From NCBI GenBank assembly GCA_046726415.1, contig JBKPAK010000085.1, positions 1 to 51,352 of the forward strand: a DNA stretch of 51,352 nt, written 5' to 3'. Below are positions 47,018-51,352 of the stretch, piece after piece. The notes under the pieces are model-generated. The model had not been told where the DNA came from. It worked only from the letters and a program-made list of their open reading frames with translations, and did no database searches. How positions within the stretch are numbered: the first letter of the stretch is position 1; every line of letters begins with the position of its first letter. A program made the position numbers and the translations under genes. This DNA comes from Candidatus Methylomirabilota bacterium. Lineage in GTDB: Bacteria; Methylomirabilota; Methylomirabilia; Rokubacteriales; CSP1-6.

Positions 47018-47302
47018 GTGCGACTGCGCGTGCAACCCAGCGCCTCGCGCGATGCCATCGTGGGTTGGCAGGCCGGAGCCTTGCGGGTGCGCGTCTCGGC
47101 GCCGCCGGTGGAGGGCGAAGCCAACCGAGCGGTCATCGCGTTGCTAGCCCGGACCTTGGGGATCCGGCCCCGAGCCGTGCGCGTCGTCCACGGCGACCGC
47201 GCTCGCGACAAGCTGGTGCGGATCGACGGGCTGAGCCAGACGGTCATCGAGGCCCGGCTCGGGCGCGCGGACGACCGTGGCATCGAGAACGTTGAGCCGT
47301 GA
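47018..47302 (+). CDS. yggU: DUF167 (YggU) family protein
   Basis: RVQPSASR, VRVSAPPVEGEAN and GDRARDK; start uncertain. Confidence 0.88.
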   Translation: MRLRVQPSASRDAIVGWQAGALRVRVSAPPVEGEANRAVIALLARTLGIRPRAVRVVHGDRARDKLVRIDGLSQTVIEARLGRADDRGIENVEP

Positions 47303-48315
47303 TCACGCCCGTCCGCTGGGATGGCCATCGCCTGATCCTCCTCGACCAGACCAAGCTCCCCGAGGCCGAGGTCGAGCAGGGGTACACGCGGTGGGAGGAC
47401 GTGGCGGAGGCCATCCGCACCTTGGTCGTGCGAGGCGCGCCGGCCATCGGGGTGGTGGCGGCCTTCGGCGTGGCGCTGGCCGCGCGGCAGAGTGCGGCCC
47501 GGACCTTCGACCAGCTGCTGGCCGATCTCGAGGCGGCCATGACCGGGTTGGCCGCCACGCGGCCCACCGCGGTGAATCTGTTCTGGGCCCTCGACCGCAT
47601 GCGGGAAGTGACCCTCGCCTCCCGGCCGCTGCCCCTCGACACGATCCGCCAGCGGCTCTTGGCCGAGGCGGAGACCATCCGCGAGGAGGACATTCGCGCC
47701 AACCGAGCTCTGGGCGACCACGGGACGTCGCTGGTGCCCGCGGGCGCGCGCATTCTCACCCACTGCAACGCCGGCGCGCTGGCCACGGCCGGGTACGGCA
47801 CGGCGCTCGGCATCGTCCGCGCGGCCCATGCCCAGGGTAAGGTGAAGCTGGTCTGGGTGGACGAGACGCGCCCGGTGATGCAGGGCTCGCGGCTGACCGC
47901 CTGGGAGTGCGTGCGCGACGGGATCCCGCACCGACTGATCGCCGACGTGGCGGCGGCCTCGGTGATGGCGCGCGGCGAGGTCGATCTCGTGGTGACCGGC
48001 GCCGACCGCATCGCCGCCAACGGAGACACCGCGAACAAGATCGGCACCTATATGTTGGCCGTGCTGGCCGGCCACCATGGCGTGCCGTTCTACGTGGCGG
48101 CGCCCTTCTCGACCATCGATGCGGCACTGGCGTCGGGAGCGGCCATCCCCATCGAGGAGCGGGGGGCGGCGGAGGTGCGGTCGGTGGCCGGCCGGGCGAC
48201 GGCCCCGACCGACTCCCCCGTGTACAACCCGGCCTTCGACGTCACCCCGGCCACCCTCATCACCGCCATCGTCACCGAGCGCGGCGTGTTCCGCCCGCCC
48301 TACCACTTCCGCTGA
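47299..48315 (+). CDS. mtnA: S-methyl-5-thioribose-1-phosphate isomerase
   Basis: VRGAPAIG, RPTAVNL, THCNAGALAT, ETRP, GADRIAANGDTANKIGTY and NPAFDVTP. Confidence 0.96.
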   Translation: MITPVRWDGHRLILLDQTKLPEAEVEQGYTRWEDVAEAIRTLVVRGAPAIGVVAAFGVALAARQSAARTFDQLLADLEAAMTGLAATRPTAVNLFWALDRMREVTLASRPLPLDTIRQRLLAEAETIREEDIRANRALGDHGTSLVPAGARILTHCNAGALATAGYGTALGIVRAAHAQGKVKLVWVDETRPVMQGSRLTAWECVRDGIPHRLIADVAAASVMARGEVDLVVTGADRIAANGDTANKIGTYMLAVLAGHHGVPFYVAAPFSTIDAALASGAAIPIEERGAAEVRSVAGRATAPTDSPVYNPAFDVTPATLITAIVTERGVFRPPYHFR

Positions 48316-48385
48316 CGCTTCGAAGCGGGGCGATCATCTCTTCGGGTGACCGGCGCGCGACCTGCCCCCGGTACAATCAGTCCCC

Positions 48386-49894
48386 GTGGCCATGAACGAT
48401 CGGGTTCGCCTCGCCCGCGAGTTCCACGACCGCACCGCGCACTCGCGCGCCTCGGTCCATACCAGCGGCCACGCGCTCGACTGGGACATCAAGCCGTTCC
48501 CGTTCAAGGTCTACGCGGAGCTCCCCGCGATCCCGCTACCCCGCGCCCTGGATCCACTGTCCGCCGACACCCTGGAGGCGCTCGGCGGCGCCTCGCCGCC
48601 ACCCGGCGCCCCCCTCACCCTCGATGCCGTGGCCGCGATGCTCTACTTCGCCGCCGGGGTGACCAAGAAGAAGACGTATCCCGGTGGGGGAGAAGTGCTC
48701 TTCCGCGCCGCGGCCTCCACCGGCGCCCTCTTCCAGACCGAGGTGTACCTGGCGGCGGGGGACGTGGAGGGATTGGCCCCGGGTCTCTATCACTTCTGTC
48801 CGGGCGACTTCGCGCTGCGGCGACTCCGCGACGGAGACGTGCGCGCGGCGCTGGCCGCCGCCGGCGCCGACGAATCGCTGGCGCGGCGCGCCGCCACCCT
48901 GATCCTCTCCGCCATCTACTGGCGCAACACGTGGAAGTACCAGGCGCGCGGCTACCGCCATCTCTTCTGGGACTCGGGCACGATGCTCGCGAATCTTCTG
49001 GCCACCGCCGCCGCCCTCGGCGCCGCCCCACAACTGTTCACCGGGTTTGTGGACGATGACGTGAATCGCCTCCTGGGGCTCGACGTCGCCCGCGAGGCGG
49101 CCCTCGAGCTGGTGGCCCTCGGTCCCGAAGGCGGCCCGGCCGCGCCCTCGCCCACGCCCGCGGAACCCCTCGACCATCCGGTCATGCCGCTCTCGTCGAG
49201 CGAAGTCGACTATCCCGCCCTCCGCGAGATCCACCGCGCGTCCTTCCTCGAAACGCCCGCCGCGGTTCGAGACTGGCGCCGGGCGGCACCACCGCCACCC
49301 CGAGTTCCGCGCGGAGCGCTGGAGCTGCTGCCCCCGCCCCGCCGCGCGGTGGAGCGAACCCTCGGCGACACCATCCAGCATCGCGGCTCGACCCGGGAGT
49401 TCGGCCACGAGGCGATCAGCGCCCTCGAGCTGTCCACGGTGCTCTGGTCGGCGACGCGGCCGGTCGACGCCGATGTGCCCGCCGGGCTGGTCGATCTCTA
49501 CCTGATCGTCAATGCGGTGGACGGTGTCGGGTCCGGCGCATACCGGTACTGGCCCGAGGCGAACGCCCTCGAGCGCCTGTCGGCCGGTGAGTATCGCCGA
49601 CAGTCAGCGTATCTCACCCTCGAGCAGCCACTTGGCGGAGACGCCGCGGCGGTGATCTACTTCATGGCTCCGCTCGATGGCCTCCTCGAGGCGTTCGGGA
49701 ACCGCGGATACCGACTCGCCAACTTGGAGGCCGGCATCATCGGCGGCCGCGCTTATCTGGCCGCCTATGGGCAGCGCTTCGGCGCCAGCGGGCTGACCTT
49801 CTACGATGGCGACGTGGTGCGCTTCTTCTCCCCGCACGCCGCCGGGCTCGACGCCATCTTCGTCACCGCGCTCGGCCGCTCTGCGCGCCGATAG
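48386..49894 (+). CDS. SagB/ThcOx-family FMN oxidoreductase with two nitroreductase-like domains
   Basis: RAAASTGALF, WKYQARGYRHLFWDSG; second domain HRGSTREF...RGYRLANLEAG...GLTFYD. Confidence 0.88.
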   Translation: MAMNDRVRLAREFHDRTAHSRASVHTSGHALDWDIKPFPFKVYAELPAIPLPRALDPLSADTLEALGGASPPPGAPLTLDAVAAMLYFAAGVTKKKTYPGGGEVLFRAAASTGALFQTEVYLAAGDVEGLAPGLYHFCPGDFALRRLRDGDVRAALAAAGADESLARRAATLILSAIYWRNTWKYQARGYRHLFWDSGTMLANLLATAAALGAAPQLFTGFVDDDVNRLLGLDVAREAALELVALGPEGGPAAPSPTPAEPLDHPVMPLSSSEVDYPALREIHRASFLETPAAVRDWRRAAPPPPRVPRGALELLPPPRRAVERTLGDTIQHRGSTREFGHEAISALELSTVLWSATRPVDADVPAGLVDLYLIVNAVDGVGSGAYRYWPEANALERLSAGEYRRQSAYLTLEQPLGGDAAAVIYFMAPLDGLLEAFGNRGYRLANLEAGIIGGRAYLAAYGQRFGASGLTFYDGDVVRFFSPHAAGLDAIFVTALGRSARR

Positions 49895-49896
49895 AC

Positions 49897-50092
49897 GTTG
49901 GGGGGAGCGAGCGCCGCTCCCCCCAACACCCCCCATCGCCTATTTGGCGACGGCGAGGGGAGCGTTCGCTCCTGCCTCGCCTCATCAACTGCTCGTCGGC
50001 GGCCGGGGACGGCCCCCCATCGCCTATTTGGCGACGGCGAGGGGAGCGTTCGCTCCTGCCTCGCCTCATCAACTGCTCGTCGGCGGCCGGGG
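49897..50092. repeat. 13-bp-stem hairpin followed by two identical 80 bp direct repeats
   Basis: GTTGGGGGGAGCG-agcgc-CGCTCCCCCCAAC at 49897-49927; repeat copies at 49929-50008 and 50013-50092. Confidence 0.92.
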
Positions 50093-50190
50093 CGTCGGAC
50101 CGCGAGCGCGTGTGCTAGCGTGAAGGGCGACGCGCGCCCCTTCGGGCCGTGGCGCGCGAGTCGGATGCGGGAAACGAGGCGGAGGTGCGG

Positions 50191-51333
50191 ATGAAGAAGT
50201 ACCAGCTCATGGCGCCGGGTCCAACACCTGTGCCCAGCCAGGTTCTCCTGGCCATGGCGCAGCCGGTCATTCACCATCGCACTCCCGAATACGAGGCGCT
50301 CTTCGCGGAAGTGCGCGCCGGACTCAAGGCGCTGGTCCAGACCGAGCAGGATGTCATCACCCTCGCCTGCTCGGGGACCGGAGCGATGGAAGCGGCCGTG
50401 GCCAACACGCTCTCGGCCGGTGACGCGGTGCTCGTCGTGCAGGCGGGAAAGTTCGGCGAGCGCTGGACGGAGATCGCCCGCGCCTATGGGCTGCGCGCCA
50501 TCGAGCTGACCGCCCCCTTCGGACACACCGTCGCCCTGGAGCGGCTCGCCCAGGCGCTCACGGCACATCCCGAAGTCCGGGCCGTGCTGACCCAGCACAG
50601 TGAGACCTCGACCGGAGTCCTGCACGACGTGCGGGGCTACGCCGCGGTGACACGCGGCACCGATGCGCTCCTGATCGTCGACGCGGTCTCGAGTCTGGGC
50701 ATCGCGCCCCTCGACATGGATGCATGGGGCGTCGACGTCGTGGTGGCCGGCTCGCAAAAGGGCCTCATGCTCCCTCCGGGGCTCGGCTTCTGCGCGCTCT
50801 CCGAGCGGGCCTGGTCGAGGACCGCTACCGCGAGCCTGCCGAAGTACTACTTCGACCTCGCCGCAGAGCGAAAGTTCGCGCGGCGCAACGAGGCCCACTT
50901 CACGCCCGCGGTCAGCCTGGTCCTCGGTCTGCGCGAGGTGTTGCGCATGCTGGAGGGCGAGGGGCTCGCTCGCGTCTTCCTTCGCCACGATCGCCTGGCC
51001 CGGGCGACGCGCGCCGGGTGCGAGGCCTTGGGGCTGGAGCTGTTCGCCCGGGCCACGCCCAGCCCCGCCGTCACCGCGGTGGTGGCGCCGCGCGGGATCG
51101 ACGCGGAGGCCATCGTGACCGCCTACTCGCAGGCCCACAACATCACCATCGCCGGCGGTCAAGGCGAGATGAAGGGCGAGGTTTTTCGCCTCGGCCACAT
51201 GGGCTACGCGGCCGATTTCGATGTCATCATCGCCCTGGCGGCCCTCGAGCAGGTGCTCGCCGAGCTCGGCATCCCCGTCGACTTCGGGGCCGCCGTGCGG
51301 GCCGCCCAGAAGGTGTTCGCCGAGAAGGCGTGA
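50191..51333 (+). CDS. Class V PLP aminotransferase (alanine-glyoxylate / serine-pyruvate family)
   Basis: PGPTPVP, SGTGAMEA, HSETSTG, VDAVSS, GSQKGLM (PLP lysine) and RLGHMG; RBS GGAGGTG. Confidence 0.94.
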   Translation: MKKYQLMAPGPTPVPSQVLLAMAQPVIHHRTPEYEALFAEVRAGLKALVQTEQDVITLACSGTGAMEAAVANTLSAGDAVLVVQAGKFGERWTEIARAYGLRAIELTAPFGHTVALERLAQALTAHPEVRAVLTQHSETSTGVLHDVRGYAAVTRGTDALLIVDAVSSLGIAPLDMDAWGVDVVVAGSQKGLMLPPGLGFCALSERAWSRTATASLPKYYFDLAAERKFARRNEAHFTPAVSLVLGLREVLRMLEGEGLARVFLRHDRLARATRAGCEALGLELFARATPSPAVTAVVAPRGIDAEAIVTAYSQAHNITIAGGQGEMKGEVFRLGHMGYAADFDVIIALAALEQVLAELGIPVDFGAAVRAAQKVFAEKA

Positions 51334-51352
51334 GCCGCCCCTACGGCAGGAA

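Noticed and set aside
48386-49894. Thiazole/oxazole-modified microcin (RiPP) cluster
   Set aside because: Only a SagB-like oxidoreductase is present, with no YcaO, precursor peptide or transporter nearby.

Overview
High-GC bacterial chromosome segment. A Candidatus Rokubacteria/Methylomirabilota-like origin is my inference from gene style and repeats, not a test result. The left half (1-27.4 kb) is accessory and metabolic. It holds a DegP-type protease, an M1 aminopeptidase, DUF2877, a pentaheme cytochrome c, a GGT-family Ntn hydrolase, an unusual enoyl-CoA reductase/enoyl-CoA hydratase fusion, cupins, a RutD-like hydrolase and a single-chain indolepyruvate:ferredoxin oxidoreductase. It also holds three toxin-antitoxin modules (two partly decayed), arfB, an adenine-deaminase-family enzyme, an ATPase-less peptide ABC transporter, a pilin-like gene and an M48 peptidase. 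The right half (27.5-51.3 kb) is a dcw cluster (mraZ to ftsZ, lacking murG and ddl), followed by pgeF-yggS-proC-yggT-divIVA-DUF167-mtnA, a SagB-type oxidoreductase and a class V aminotransferase. Most notable: (1) a ligase-less, domain-permuted propionyl-CoA-synthase-like protein that appears to carry a complete CO2-binding motif set, a candidate natural dehydratase/reductive carboxylase; (2) five intergenic tandem arrays, each anchored on a TTGG(A/G)GGG...CCC(C/T)CCAA hairpin, one between ftsA and ftsZ; (3) recurrent non-canonical start codons (ATA overlapping TAG in murF and ftsA, ACG in a permease, no canonical start for rsmH); (4) a MurB with substitutions at catalytic motifs; (5) many apparently leaderless genes. 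All calls come from reading motifs by eye; no database searches were run.
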